A stretch of 64,000 bases of DNA, from assembly GCA_965235115.1 (NCBI GenBank), contig OZ249436.1, positions 53,942,001-54,006,000 on the forward strand, in the 5' to 3' direction. Below the pieces are notes generated by a model that was not told the DNA's origin, did not search any database, and worked only from the letters and a program-made list of their open reading frames with translations. This document shows, in pieces, positions 46,801 to 61,400 of this stretch (within the stretch, counting starts at the first letter, position 1; each line of letters starts with the position of its first letter). The stretch is from Laetmonice hystrix (lineage: Eukaryota). A program made the translations under genes and the position numbers.

Positions 46801-49800
46801 ACCGTGAGGATTTTCAGAAAAGATTTTGCTGATAAACAAAAAAAAATTCACACATAAAGGACATAATGTATTTTTTTTATGTCAGCTTGAGAGTCAAACC
46901 TGTTTTGGGATGAGATCCTCGATAGTTTTGTTTTTTCTGTCTGCAAACTGGACCTGGACCTCCACTCCCTCCAGTACAAGTGCTCCTCCGGAGGTCCGCT
47001 TGGCGTTCAGACGACGTGATATGTCAATCAGCATACCCACAGCAGAACGTAGCTCCTCCACCCTAATCATGCAAACAAAACAAACTGGATTCCTTTCTTT
47101 CCCTAGCTGGGGACCGTTTCACTAAACACTCATATTTTACGAGCTCATATTTTCTTTAGATTATAATAGCAAAATGTACAAGTTTTTTCTTGTTTACAAG
47201 CTATAAGCCCCTGATCTACAATTTCTAAGGTTGTTTCTAGCTAGATGAAAGCATCATGGTATCTAAGAGCACTAAGCTGTCTTGAAAAAAACACTGAAGA
47301 TATATGACAAACAAAAAACTGATGGCAAATGCACAGACATTTTTACACAAATACCCCAATACTGCTCTATGAGATATTTCAATTCAGTTAACATAAAAAT
47401 ATAACAAAATTCTTGCCCCCAATTGTAAACAGATAATGTGGCTTTATAATTACTTTTGGTCAAGTTCTTCCTTATCTAGTCCTTGCAGCTCTGGGATGTT
47501 CTCCACAAGAACTTCTGTTGGTGCCCCATCGTACATCTGCTGAGCTATCTACACATACATAATACAAAACAGATTTTTATCCATTTCTTTTATAGAGTTT
47601 CTTTTTTCAGCACACTGTTGAAGAAAGTAAGAGGTCTGTCAAGTCTACAAAGGCTTCAGGTACACATTTTGTAGACTGCTTTCATTTCTGAGGGCATGCC
47701 AACCAATATTTCTGTTACAACTTTATATTATGTTCACCAGAAACAAGGAGCCATTGGGGTACTTAGCAATGTATTATCTGCTAAATGTATACACAGACAT
47801 AGTGATGGTTTACATTTGAGATGACATAGAATGTAGTAAAATGTACCTCGTAGAAGAGTTTGTATTGGGAGTTTATGACCGTGCGGCCATACCACACATC
47901 CACAACCTTATACTTCTCATCTAACTCCCATATGACACTCATGGCATATCTGTAAGGTAACGGGTACAACTGCATTTATAACATGGCGAGAAAGATGGTT
48001 TAACACGTCATTAAAATTATTCTACAACAGAGAAATGAACACCATGCTTTAATTTAGTGTCAAAGATCACTTTTACATGCACAAACTGATTATATAGTAA
48101 GGATAGGGTGGGCAGGTTGACATGGCTGATACTGCAATGCTCTCCTGCCAAATGGTACACATGCACGTATCCACAGAACAGAAAAGGTGTCAAGAAGTGC
48201 CCCTTTAAAAAAAAGGATTTCTGAGCAAAATTGGAACTCTCTCTTACCTTATTGTAAACTTATTCTGCTTTACAATTCTATGTCATGTGAATTTTAACAT
48301 AAAACATGCATACCTGTCAACTCCTCCCAGTAAAGAGCAGAGGCCAGCACTGAGAACTTCTGGTAACATATCATATCTCCGGTCAGCAAGGTATACTGTG
48401 GTGGATCGCGACCTCGCCTCCAGATCAGTCAGCGAGTTCACAGGGACAAAAAATGTCACGTCAGCTATGTGAACACCCAGCTCCAAGTGACCATTGTCCA
48501 ATTTTCTGCCACAGCATAAAAGAAAATTTTATAAGAAAACAGAATCACATCAAAAACTTGCAACCCACTGATTGCGAGGTTCGTGTATTTTCAGGGTCGA
48601 TATTAGTTTTTCTCTCTGCTTGTGACAGATTGCTAGGAATGCATACATGTGCCACAGGAAGCAAGACATGTTATGCACATAACTACACTGATGACATTGC
48701 AAGGTCAAATACAATGACTGTCAAACAGACCTAATTGCATCTTATGAACTAAGTACTTTGACTTTGAGCGTTGCTGAATGACAAACGAGAATTGCATGAT
48801 GGCTTTTGGTCCGGACTCCCTTAACAATTTAAAAACAGAATTCATAATTATGCCCTCATTCCTAATAGATTAATAGTTTTAATACGGACCAACCATTTCT
48901 TAACCATTTCAAATTTGGCCCTGTTTTCTGGCAAGAATCCTGCTAGTTTTAATTCAGGTCAACCATTTCTTAACCATTTGGCCCTTTTATCTGGCAAGAT
49001 TCAACAATTTATTCCAGAAGGCCTATTGCTAGCTGTGGGCAATGCTAGTTTGTTAAAAAAAATCTAATAACTTTTCTGTTGGCCCCAAATGGCATTTACA
49101 GAGCTCAATGCATGTGCATAGTTTCTGTAGTTTAAAATTACAGAATTCCTAGGAAAATGCTGACGTCTGTTTGAGTGAGACTGATGTTTATTGTTGGAGA
49201 CTGTACCTGACTGAGAGTGTATCATCCACATCCTCGCATCCCTTGGGGTCGATACTGAAGACCAGATGAGACTGGCGGAGGTCGCGGCGTTTGCTCACCT
49301 CTTCAGGATCTACTGACCATGGATTATCCCATGTGTCCACTGGCAACTCCTTCAACTGGAACACAAAAGTGTATCAAAAAATATCTTCAGAGGAACAGAA
49401 ACACAATTTAATCATATTACAATTATTTAAAGCTACACCATACAATACAAGTATACATTGGATGTCTTTTTTATATATCCTTAAATTAGAAGTGAAGATG
49501 ATGTTAATTATATCGATATTGTCTATTATTTTTCATTTTACTTGTCAGTTACACACTAGTATTTTGATGCCTCACTTTTTTAATCTCCTACTATTTACTT
49601 TGGTTGAGTGACTTTTCCTACCTGTGCTTCAGAGAAAGGTGTTGCATTTGAAATATGATGGTGTATCAATATTGCTGTAATCTCAGTTTCTAAATCTCCA
49701 ATTTTTCCCAAACTGCGCACAAAGTGGCCATTAGGATACTGTGACTCTGCCTCCCATGAGTCAATACGCACAAGGATCCTGTAATATCAACATTCCATGG

Positions 49801-52800
49801 CTAAAGTTCTGTACCTGAACCATGCAATACTGTCACGTCAATTTTATGCAATGAGTTAATATCCGTAAAACCCCATCAATTTTTATCCATGTACCGGTAA
49901 TACTCAAACCATGGATTGAAAAAATTTTTAAATCCTTAATCATGCTGCAGGTAACAAGAATTGAGAGGATAAAAACCGTTTCATCCATTTAGGGACAAAT
50001 ATTAATTTGTTAACTACTTATAACAAATAATAGCAATGTAAGTTGCATGGTGACCTGTGGTCTCTTAGCGTGTTGACCTGGGTAGTACTGATGCGTATCT
50101 TGGGTATACGTCGGTCCCATGGAATTACCAGTACTTTTCCTGCCTTCCTTTGACTTTCTTCATTGACACAGAAACTACACACATAGTCACACCAGTTTCT
50201 CTGCAGTATTCCTACAATGCGCCCTGTCGGCATCACACTGACTGCATCTGTTGTGTCACCAGTCTCTTCTAAAAAATAAAGAGCTCTTTTAAAATCCAGT
50301 ATGATATAAACAATATCAGCTCCAACCAAAATTTAAGTTATTCTATATCCTTGAATAATGGAAAGATACAGACTTGGCTGCAACTAATAGATTTCCTTTC
50401 TGATGAAAAATATTGTCCAACAAGTATTACTATAATCGCCCATGCATGAGCCACATTTAAACTATAAACTCTTCCCTCAAAATTAAGCTAAAATCAGTGC
50501 CCTTCATACAACCTTCAGCAGCATAAACTGACCCAGACAATTTTAGGCAAGAAATGCTGGAAAGAGTAGTATCTTTGGGTTAGAGGTAGCTTAGAATTTC
50601 TTCTAAGGACTTGGCCCTAAAGTTTGAGAGCAATCAGAATTAACTCTTTGCCTAGTTCACCTTCAGATACGGCTGGAGTCAGGGCCAGGGATCGTCCCAT
50701 CCACTGTGAGCGTGGCAGCAACTCAACTACGACTGCATCACCATGGACAGCACGGTTTCGAGATACAGACCCAGATATCAAAATATCACTTTCATATCCA
50801 CTTTTTTTGTCTTTGACACTAGAAAATAATTGTAAAAAGCCAGGTGTTTAACTATAAAAGTGTAAGTATGGATAATTTCTTTTTCAAATTTTTTTTGCAC
50901 CATATTTCTTTTAAGCCAAGTATACTTCACAAATACAGCAGTACTTAATTACAAGTAACTAGGTTTGCATTTCCCTCATGATATGGTTACTTTTACAAGT
51001 TCTACTCAATCTCACCCAGACGGTGTGACGAAGGCTTCCTTCTGAGGTTGATGCTTGTTTACTGTGAGTCGACCTTGCATGAAATGCCCTTTGAGTAAAC
51101 CTGCTTCTAGAACATCTGATGGCAAATAGTCTGACATCTCCTCAACTATAAAATAATGATAAGGTATCTGCATTTTAATAGTCTAAATTTTTTGAATTCA
51201 TAAAATCTTAAAGAGGACTTGATCATTGTCTATTTTACAAAATACATAACCTCTTATGCCTGAGATTATGCCTGAGAAAGCAAGCATCACAGATAAAAAT
51301 ATAAATCAGGTTACATTTTGTATAAAATGAAAGGGTATCATTCATACACAATAAGCTATAAGCAAAATGCAAATCTAATAGGCCTACATTAAAAAGGACG
51401 TTACATAAAAAAGGGGCAGTACCTTTTGACTTGGATGAAGCAATGGCCTGTGTGAGAGACTGATAAAGATTTTGGACATGGTCTAAATCTTTTAAGAATG
51501 TATTTATGTATTGTTGGAAAGATATTGCATAAACACCATTGGTCCGACTTCCATATGTTTTTATCATCTGAAAACAAAAGTTTTACTGTAAGTGGTTGGA
51601 TAGATATACCCATTTGGTGAACAACTCTCACTTTTTTTTTCTTTCTCTTTGGACCATAAAAACCAGGTAATCGCAATGGTCTAAAACATGCCCCAGTGTA
51701 AAGTTTCAGGACAGCTGTAAGGAAGACTTAATTAATACTTATCCATAACTCTGTAAATTCTACGTTAATTACAGACTACTTTTGCCATCTAGGCTTAGTG
51801 TGTAGAAAAAATAAAGTAGTTTTAATAATCCATGGATACTGTTCTACTTACAGATTCATTCTCAGTAATAATAACAATTGGAAGCTGTGCAGCGAGATGG
51901 TTATGATACCACACTGCCCCTTCATAGACACTCCTGAGAAAAATGCACAAGGACATATAACCAGTCGTCATATTTAAGTCAAGTCTATCAAAGGCCCCAT
52001 TTTTTCTTTATTAGTTTATATGTCTGAGTAGGATCAGAGATGGTCACAATTCTAAGGCTCTGAAATTCTACCAACATTACGGTACCGTACTGGGTTTCCC
52101 TGAAGATTTTACCACAAAATATTTTGAGGAGCAACTGATTTTTTGGGCCACAACAGGCCTGCAGGAAACCCTGCATTACTACTTGAATACTGTTCATGTT
52201 TGAGTTAAATAATTTACTGTATTGACCCACCGAGTGAAAGGCTAGGGTTTAGGTTAATCTGCAAATTTTGTACATTACCTGGCTTGCCAGTTTTGTAGTG
52301 TTTCTCCAGGGCCACGTGTGGAGTAAGCATATTTCTGATATTCATTGTGGAAGACAACACTTCGCTTGTTTGGGTTTCGGACTAGATTCATGATTCTTCT
52401 ATGCAACTTCCTACTACCTTCATGTTGTACCTAAAGAAAAAAAAAATTCAGCTTGTAACTAAAAAAAAGAAAGAAAGGAAAAACCTAAAAAAAGGGGGAG
52501 ATGTGTTTCCCTCCAACTAACATCAATTTATGTCATGTAAAATATACCTACACTGTTAACAACTGTTTGCAGAAAGATAATCCCTGTGAGTTCTTCAATT
52601 TCAAACACCTCCAAATAAAGACGTGCAACTTCACAATCAGGCACGACATAATGAGTTACATCATTGGGGAGCAGAGAAACACACCTTCCGCCTGTGGAAC
52701 AAAAAACCAGACATGTATGATAAAAAGAAATACAATGTACTGTGCAAGTAGTTAGCATCAATTATGTAAAAACTTGAACAAACATTTTTATACTAGTAAA

Positions 52801-53126
52801 TTCTAAACATGTTTAGATCTTTTATATGATTGGTTTCTCATAACTAATAGATGCACATGTGTGTTTGTATCTAAGTTTTGTCATTTTTATGACCAAAAAT
52901 GTTAAATCCGATGCTAGATTAATATTGAGATCAATAAAAACTATGTTGTCTAGAAATTAGTAACTCATACTATACCATATGTTGGCCTACCTATGATATT
53001 TGCACAATCAGCAATGCACATTTCACTATAACAGGGCACATCCTCTCTGATGTAATGTTCCCGGACAACACGTAGACTTTGACCATGGCTTGTTTTAATC
53101 TGAAGAACTTTGTTGGTCTTCAGCAT
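43815..53126 (-). CDS. DIS3L: DIS3-like exonuclease 1 (cytoplasmic exosome RNB nuclease), 22 coding exons
   Basis: Exons 53126-52991, 52691-52552, 52430-52279, 51933-51852, 51567-51423, 51145-51016, 50818-50661, 50268-50055, 49778-49622, 49355-49207, 48505-48314, 47949-47847, 47548-47454, 47062-46900, 46465-46370, 46210-46058, 45854-45705, 45453-45349, 44989-44847, 44704-44533, 44345-44211 and 43985-43815. Motifs [35 protein letters not shown] and [32 protein letters not shown] and [13 protein letters not shown] point to DIS3L rather than DIS3. Confidence 0.93.
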
Positions 53127-53603
53127 TTTGAGATCGCACATATAATGATCCAGACAATTTCAGCTCAGTAGACCTTGGCTATAACCAGGACGTCATCAGC
53201 ATCATCTGGTTACCTGCGACTGTGAAAAAAAAAATTAAATGGAAAAAATAACATTAAATAAAGCTGCCAGCGATCTGATACTCATACTGACTACATTAAT
53301 ATTGTAGCAAGACATTCCAATCCTGCATCACAATGGGGGTATCGAGATGCATGCGCAACATGGTATTATCCACGTCGCGGCAGCACTATCACCCCTGCCG
53401 GTCGTCTTGGCACGACATTAGCAGGGATTAAAATTGGCACCTCCCAACCTGGGGCTAATTTTAGCCCCTGGGTATATAGGAAAAGGGTGGGACCTGGGCC
53501 ACATGGGTCAGATAACAATGTGCAGGTTCTTGTGGTAAGAATTCAGTGTCTTGAAATAGGAAGGGACCTGGTGCTATTTATAGCATCAGACACTAGCTGA
53601 AAA

Positions 53604-53996
53604 GGTAACACGACATGTCCGCCCGTAGCCATGTCCGCCCGGTCATGTCCGCCCCCCGGGATGTAGGCCTAGGGCCCCTACCCCCAGTCATGTCCCCCTT
53701 CATGTCCGGCCCTCGCCGCTCCGCTCAAGAGGCGCCCGGCAAGGGACACATTACCTACGAGGTGGCTCTCATTTGTTGGGCACTTAGCGATTACAATAGT
53801 TGATCTAGAGTTGTTGATACACTCCTCTAACTCAGTAGACTGTCCTAGTCCCGTTGACGGCTTTTCCCGGGACCACGGGCGGCAGGGGGGCGGCAATCGA
53901 GTGTCTATCACAGAGGCACGGCAGGCGGGAGGGCATAGTACCGAGGGGCGGACATGACCGGGCGGACATGGCGACGGGCGGACATGGCGTGTATTC
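53604..53996 (+). mobile_element. MULE/Foldback-like element (CATGTCCGCC subrepeats), intact 393-bp copy in the DIS3L 5'UTR intron
   Basis: TIR GGTAACACGACATGTCCGCCCG / CGGGCGGACATGGCGTGTATTC, 8-bp TSD GCTGAAAA (53596-53603, 53997-54004). Confidence 0.85.
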
Positions 53997-54720
53997 GCTG
54001 AAAATAGAGGGGCCAGGGGCTTTTTACTGCCCAGAAATCCTGACCGTGGGATGGGGTGGGGTGGGGTGGAGGGTCAATGCCCACAATATTATTTTGTTCA
54101 TACCGTACTAATGTGTAGCCAAGGGGACCGTGGTGATAGTGCTGCTGCCACATGGAATAGACTGTGACACAAATTCACAATTATTTAAAGTCTCCCATTG
54201 TACGGCAAGTACTAGTCTCACTCTCAGGCAAGTCAGGGGTTTGCTTTGAAATGAAAGTTTGATGCACATTAAATTTTAAAATCACTGTTTTTAATTTTAC
54301 TCTCCGCTTACTGAGTGACCAAGCACAGATTGATTTCTATAATTTGATTTTCCATCAGTTAGCAGATCTATGATTTCAGAACTGGAGGGACCCAAGGGGG
54401 GGGGGGCATTTGTTTTTTCAACATGGGTTAGGCCAGGGAGGGAGAAACACAACTAGACTAGATCTAGACCTAGAATCTAGCGAGAAAATGCAGAAACTCA
54501 AACTGTGAAGATGGGGGGGGGGGGGGTTCCAACACTCGCAAGAGTCCCAGAGCTAGAGCTAGACATAGACGTCTAGATACTGTTTTGACAACGTTTTACT
54601 TTAGAAAATGAACTAAGCCAATGGTAGTCAGTGAGGACCTTGTTAAGTAGATCGAGATGCTCTATTATTACAACGCCCAAAGTGACAGTCCGATCTCAGA
54701 ACTTCTTTGACTTCTTTTAC

Positions 54721-54880
54721 CTTGCCGCCCTCATGAAATGGGCAAAACACAACAACCAGTCATCACTCGGTGAAACGGGTAAAGCTCGCGCTGTGTTTCG
54801 TCATTTTCCTGTAGGCCAGAGCTGGTTATGAGTTCATGCGGGCGGCAAGTTCGTCATCTAAAGCCTCGTGTAGTTTATAA
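54721..54880. promoter_or_regulatory. Probable bidirectional promoter and first non-coding exons of DIS3L and DHX34
   Basis: Minus-strand donor AAG|GTAAAA at 54721/54720 and plus-strand donor TAA|GTAACT at 54880/54881. Both coding-start exons have upstream acceptors (~53213 and 55386). A 17-bp inverted repeat lies at 54721-54737 / 54833-54849. Confidence 0.55.
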
Positions 54881-55405
54881 GTAACTAACTAAATTCAAGT
54901 AACACCCCGTGTAGAACATGCGGCTGAGGCCAGGCCTACTCGAAGAGCAAGGTATTCCCACGGTCAATCACTCCAGTCAAGGTGCCCCGCCTCAGTCAGC
55001 AGTGCCAGAGCCCCAGTGCCAGTCCAGTGCCAGCAATAGCAGCATGCCAGTGGCAGTGGTAGAAAGAAGCCTCACTGCTCTAAACCAGGGCCAGGCTAAG
55101 TTGAGTCTGCGAGAGCGATCTGATACTGACTTCAGTTTGCTTTAAAAAAAGGGAATTAGTGACTATTGTGGTATAACTAGCTTTACGATTTCTAAAATTT
55201 TTTTTAAAGAAAATAAAAAAAAAATCTGGATCTAGCCAAAACAGACTGAGTGATGATTTGATGTGATGATGTCAGATAGTCCCACAAGTACAAGTAAAGA
55301 TCAGTTCAGTTTGTCAAGAACAAGTGTTGAACTTTTTAAATATTACAATACAAAACTTTGAAACACCTTGGCTTTGCTGTTTCAGTCTATTGCAAAGAAG
55401 GGAAC

Positions 55406-58400
55406 ATGAAACATTCAAAGAAACACAAGAAGCAGAAAGAGTCTGAAAGGGATAGGGAAAGTTATAGTAGACGTGACAGAGAAAGAAGGGAAGGTAGGGA
55501 TGAACAAAAATACAAAAAGCAGGATTATTCACCATCATCTCATAAGAAAAAACATAAAGATGATTCCGAACATGATCATCATGATCGAACTAGTTGGAGT
55601 CACACAGAAAAGAGTCATTTTAAACATTCTGAAAGATTGGTCGAAAGATCTAGTGAATCTAAAAGTTATGCTAAAGACTACAGTGGAAAACTAAGAGACA
55701 GCGATGTACGTGAAAGTCGTTTTGACGCTAAACAAAGGAATAAATCGAGTGATCGGAAGGAGAAGACATTTACAAGAAGTCGTTCACCTGTTGAAGAATG
55801 CAGTACAGAGCATATGGATGAAAGAAAAAGAAGGGATTCGTCACTAAGTGAAGAGGACTCTGACAGTACAGATAAAGCTGTACCAGCATATGATGTCAAC
55901 TGGGAAAACTACAGGTTTACACTTTCGAAGATATTCTTTAGGGATGAAGACATAGTTAAAAGGTTTGGATCACATCCTTTGCCTAATAGTTATTCTTTAT
56001 GTTGTCAAATCAAGATCCCTTTCTTGGAAGTTTAAAAAGTAAAATAAGTGAAAACATCTGACTCATTCCTTCGAGAACAAGTCTCGTAGAATTAATGATT
56101 AGCTTATTTTAATATCAGATAAATTTAATATTTGCAAAGTTGAATTGAAGATAAAGAATACTATGGTGAAATTGTTTTCTCTGTTTTTCTTGTGGTCAGA
56201 GGATCTCAAGAATATGATGAATTCTGGAACTTTTTGAAAAAGTACCTTGCTTTCAAGAAAAAGAAGGTGACACAGACCAGTAAGTAAATGTCTCGTAATT
56301 TGACATAAAAAGTGACATGAAAAGTGAAATATTTTCATTAATATTTTCACCATTAACGTAGTGAAATGAAATGATGTGACATTCCAAAATATAAGTCAAG
56401 GTCATTAATTTCTTATAAGTTTATAACAATTTATTAATCTTTTCAGAAACTAGCAAGAGGGACAGCTCAAGAAAGAGGAATGAGTTGGGACTACCTCAGG
56501 TTTATGACAGAAGCCATCGTATCAATATAGGTTTGGCACCAAGAGATGTGCTCAACCGTATCCGTGAGGACAGATACAGGCCAGGTAGGATGGGTCAGTT
56601 ATTTCTATCACAACAACATTTGTAAGCCTGGCCCATTGTTGTACAGGGTACCATCTTCTTTCATACATTTTATTCTTTAAATAACGAACTGATATACATG
56701 GATGTATGAAGAATCCTATTGTTCATTATGAAGTTATATAATTGACACCACATAGTTATCGATGAACCAACTGAGAGATTAACTGCAATGGGGCCTACAC
56801 TGACACAAAAATTCCCTCAACCATTGAGTTAAGTTGTAACGTTAGTAAAAGAAATGTCAGAATTTAATGCTATGGCCTCAACACATTGTTTGCCTTCACA
56901 TGGTAAGGCCACACTCAAGGCATAGTTCAGCTTCATATGGTAATGCCACAAGGCATGGTCTGCATCAATAGGGTTGATAACTAACTTATGTTCATGTCCA
57001 TCCATTTTTCTTTCACATTTGAATAGAAGGACACTTTTTATGTTGTTTCACTTGAAGGTGTACAGCCGTTAACTGAGGAGATGGTCAAGCAGTTCACTGA
57101 AATCTACCTCCACTATCTTGACTTTTTACAAAAACAAAAGGTAGTGTAATTTCTGAGATATTGAGGTAGAAAAGTGGCTGGAAATGTAAAAAAAAAAATT
57201 TAAAAGTCTAATTTAATATTGAAGTACATCATTATGAAACAGAAATGCAATAAACTTCTTATATAATCTTAGTTATTAAGATGTTTGCGTTTGGACATAG
57301 GAAGCTATTGTTCAAACTAGAATAGCATCATAGAGGGAGATAAGTTTAAATAGTTCAGGATAACTGGTAATGTACTGTAAAAATGTAAAACATCACTATT
57401 TTAATGGAGTGAACAATGTAACAATAGCAGGTACATGTACCCTTACTGACTGATTTCAGTTCGCAAAGTTGGTAAAGATTCGGCATGACCAAAGGAATTT
57501 ACCAATCTTCCAATACAAGGATGCCATTATAGAAGCAGTCAAACAACACCCAGTTGTGGTAGTTGCTGGTGATACGGGATGTGGAAAGTCGACACAAGTT
57601 AGTCTGGAACCTTTCTACATTTGACAAAAGACTGTCATTTGACAACTTGACGTTAACCCTTGTAAAGTTTGATACACGCAAACATCTTCAAGCGATGCAT
57701 ACTTAGATTATCAGAAAGTGAAGGAAACCTATTATAATTGATTTATTTTTAGGTGCCCCAGTATCTGCTTCAAGCTGGGTTTCAACAAGTAGCCTGCACA
57801 CAACCTCGACGAATTGCCTGCATCTCGTTATCCAAGCGTGTTGCATATGAAACATTGAATGAGTTTGGCTCACAAGTAGCCTATCAGGTACAAAGTTACA
57901 TGTTTCACATCAATAATAGAAGTCTTATGTTTTCTTAAATATGAAAGATTGTCAGCACGGTAACAAATCTACTATGTAATCACATGATGCATTCCTTTCA
58001 TCATTTAGGTACGGTTTGAGAAAACTAAGTCTCAATTCACCCGGATTCTTTTTCTAACAGAAGGTTAGTTTAATTGCACATCATATTCTGGAAAAACAGT
58101 ACACATTGCAAATTTAATTCATCAAAATTTTATTTCAGTTTTTTATATTCTCATACAAACTTTACATTTTGTTTTCTCAGCAGAATCTTATTTACTAGTG
58201 GACACACAATAGCTTCTTTTTGGTTCACAGTCTCATAACTTGTGCATCTCATTGAACAGGATTGCTGCTCCGTCAGATTACAACAGATCCTCAGTTGGAA
58301 CGCTACAGTGTCATTGTCATAGATGAGGTATTTGTTTATTGCTTTAAGCCTATCTATGAATTTTAGTGAATGACGTATTGCTAAAAAATTACTTTTATAA

Positions 58401-61400
58401 TATTGGTAGCTAGAAAAAGAAGCCCATGAAAGCTCCTCTTGTGTCAGGATGATTTCCAATGTGGTGTTGTGCTGCAGGTCCACGAGCGCCACATTCATAC
58501 TGATTTTTTGCTGGGTGTGATGAGGTGCTTGCTGCAGCAGAGGACTGATCTTAAACTGGTCCTCATGTCAGCCACCATCAACATCGATCTCTTCAGTAAT
58601 TACTTCAATCAAGCACCAGTTGTCAAGGTGGGGACACTTTTACAACCGTGTATATTAAATGTACTTAACTTGACCTATAGTAATAATCATAGATAATATT
58701 TTCTGATGTGAGAAAAACTAGTATATGAATCATTCTCATAAGTACATACAGACCTAAGTACATGTACATGTAGAGGTGATTGGGAGCAGATAGAACTGTA
58801 CATGTATGGGGTGGATCATTCACCCACTGGTCCAATAGTAGTTTTATTAGGTCACTGCTTTACTTGGAGAGTAATACATCATAACATGTTAATGATGGGA
58901 CCTGAATATATCATCCACATTCCGGATTATTTTTTTTTTTGTAATCATATACATGTAATGCTATTCTGGCCAGGTTCCTGGGCGACTCTTTCCTATTGAG
59001 CTCGAGTATCTTCCAATAAGTGCTGAAGATAAAGGTTCCAAAACCCAGCGGATTGACCCAGCACCTTATATCAGAGTCCTTCAACGTATTGACCACAAGG
59101 TTGGTTTATTGTATGCCAAAACAGAACAAAAATTGCACCTGTTAAACATAATTCTTACTGTTTTTTCCACTGAATCTTTTTTTTGAGGTCCAGTGTAAAT
59201 CAAAATTGTAGCATTTATGAGCTTTCTACCAGGCAGTTTACAGTATACTATTCTGTGTAGTAGTTGAAATTAAAAATAAGCTAATGAAAATGTGATTTCC
59301 ACTTTTGTCAGAGCCTTTTACTATTTGTTTTAATCACTGTCAAATTTTATATCAGTATCCTGTGACAGAGCGCGGCGATGTTTTAGTGTTCCTCAGTGGT
59401 ATGACAGAAATAATGACAGTTGTTGAGGCAGCACAGGCCTACGCTGAGCAAAGCAACGGCTGGATCATCTTGCCATTACATAGTGCTCTGTCTGTGGCTG
59501 AGCAGGACAAGGTGAGAGTGGCTGAACTTTTATATGATGACTAGCATTGTTGCATAATTTCTAAAGGAATCCTCACAAAAATGCTGTTGACATGAAGGTT
59601 AATAGTGGTCATCAAAAAGTGTGAATGTGGGGAAATTTTAAGGGAACAGAATGCAGTCCTGGAAATAAGATAAGGAAGTCGTGATAAAATCATTGAATTT
59701 TGTAATTATAAAGTGGCTGACTGATAATATGTGTCTTGACTGCCTCAAAGAAGGCATTCAATGAAGACATTGTTTATCCTGTTTGCAGGTTTTTGATTTT
59801 CCACCAGAAGGGGTCAGGAAATGTATTGTTTCCACCAACATAGCAGAAACATCAGTGACCATTGATGGGGTTCGTTTTGTTGTGGATTCAGGCAAGGTAA
59901 GACATGAATATTGTTTTCTTATACTGGGATTTAGGGGTATTTTCTTATGTTCTACTCTGATCAAGGCATGCATATTTGAATGTCTGAATAATGCACAGAA
60001 ATCACCCTGTAATCTCTTGTTATCGTGCTCAATACAAATTCTTAGCCCAGGTGTGACCGTTATTGTAATTTTTAATTTTTATGTAAGGTTAAGGAGATGA
60101 GCTATGATTCCAAGTGTGAAATGCAACGACTTCAAGAGTTCTGGATCAGTCGAGCCAGTGCAGAACAAAGAAAGGGGAGATCAGGTTAGTATGCAGTGAA
60201 AAAGGTGGACACTGAATGTCTTAAACCTTGTGTCTTTGCTTCTGTAATCGTAGGGCCTTCTTCGTTCTTGTTAGAATGACAGATGCAAACTTTCAAGAAT
60301 TCCAAATTAATAAAAATAAAACTCATTCATGAGCAGAATCTCTTCCAGGATACTAAGTATGCAGGAATTATCTATTTGTCAAGTGAAGGTGGCACTATAC
60401 CCTGATAAACTGTTTACAGGGAGAACTGGGCCAGGTGTTTGCTTCCGTTTATATGCCGAGTCAGACTACAATGACCTGGCACCATACAGCACACCAGAGA
60501 TACATAGAGTGCCCCTGGACTCCCTCGTGCTCCAGATGGTCAGCATGGGCCTCAATGATGCTCGCAGGTACAGACTAAAAATAGCTACATAGATTGATAA
60601 TATCACAACCAAATGCAATATGAACTCAATATCAACTGCACATTTCCTTGATCAGTGTCTGTGATGCTGGCTGGAGAAACTGTATTGTAGAGGTTTTATT
60701 TTTTTACTTTTGCCAGGTTTCCATTTATTGAGCCACCATTGCCAGGGACCATAGAGACATCGATTGCCTTCCTAAAAGAACAGGTATGTGTGTGGTAGAC
60801 ATGCTGGAATGTGGTACAGTCCTTTCAGAGTGTTGTGAAAAAAGAGAAAATCAACAGAAGGTTGCTAATTTATTTATAATTAGTTGAAGCTCAGCAGTCT
60901 GTGAGCATAGGTGCTAGAATTTATGCAGAATCTTACATGCAGGTTGTTTATTTCCATGGCTGACAGAATGCACTGACGAATGAGGAGGTGATAACACCTA
61001 TTGGCCAGATGTTATCTCAGTTACCAGTTGATGTTGTCATCGGCAAGATGCTCATCATGGGTTCCATATTCCATGTGAGTTTCCAGTCTCCTGAATTCTC
61101 AGACATCTTAAGGGTGTAGAACCAAATGTGGAATGATCGTAGTTGCATGACAGGGTATTATGAAGAAGGGTTAGATAACCTGGGTAGGGGCCCAGTCATG
61201 AATCTTTCTTATCCGACTTTTCGGTTACTAACCTAGTGTTATAAGACATTTGATGGGGATAGACAATTCTATTCTGATTTTTAATTTTCTGACCTCAGGC
61301 AGAATATAAATGATTCAATCCGAGATCAGAAGTAAGTTACTGATATTTTATGTCTGGTTTCAGATGATAGAACCAGTATTGTCCATTGCTGCAGCTCTCA

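Noticed and set aside
55250..55320. Box C/D snoRNA candidate (GTGATGA x2) in the DHX34 5' intron
   Set aside because: No suitably placed CTGA box D or terminal stem.
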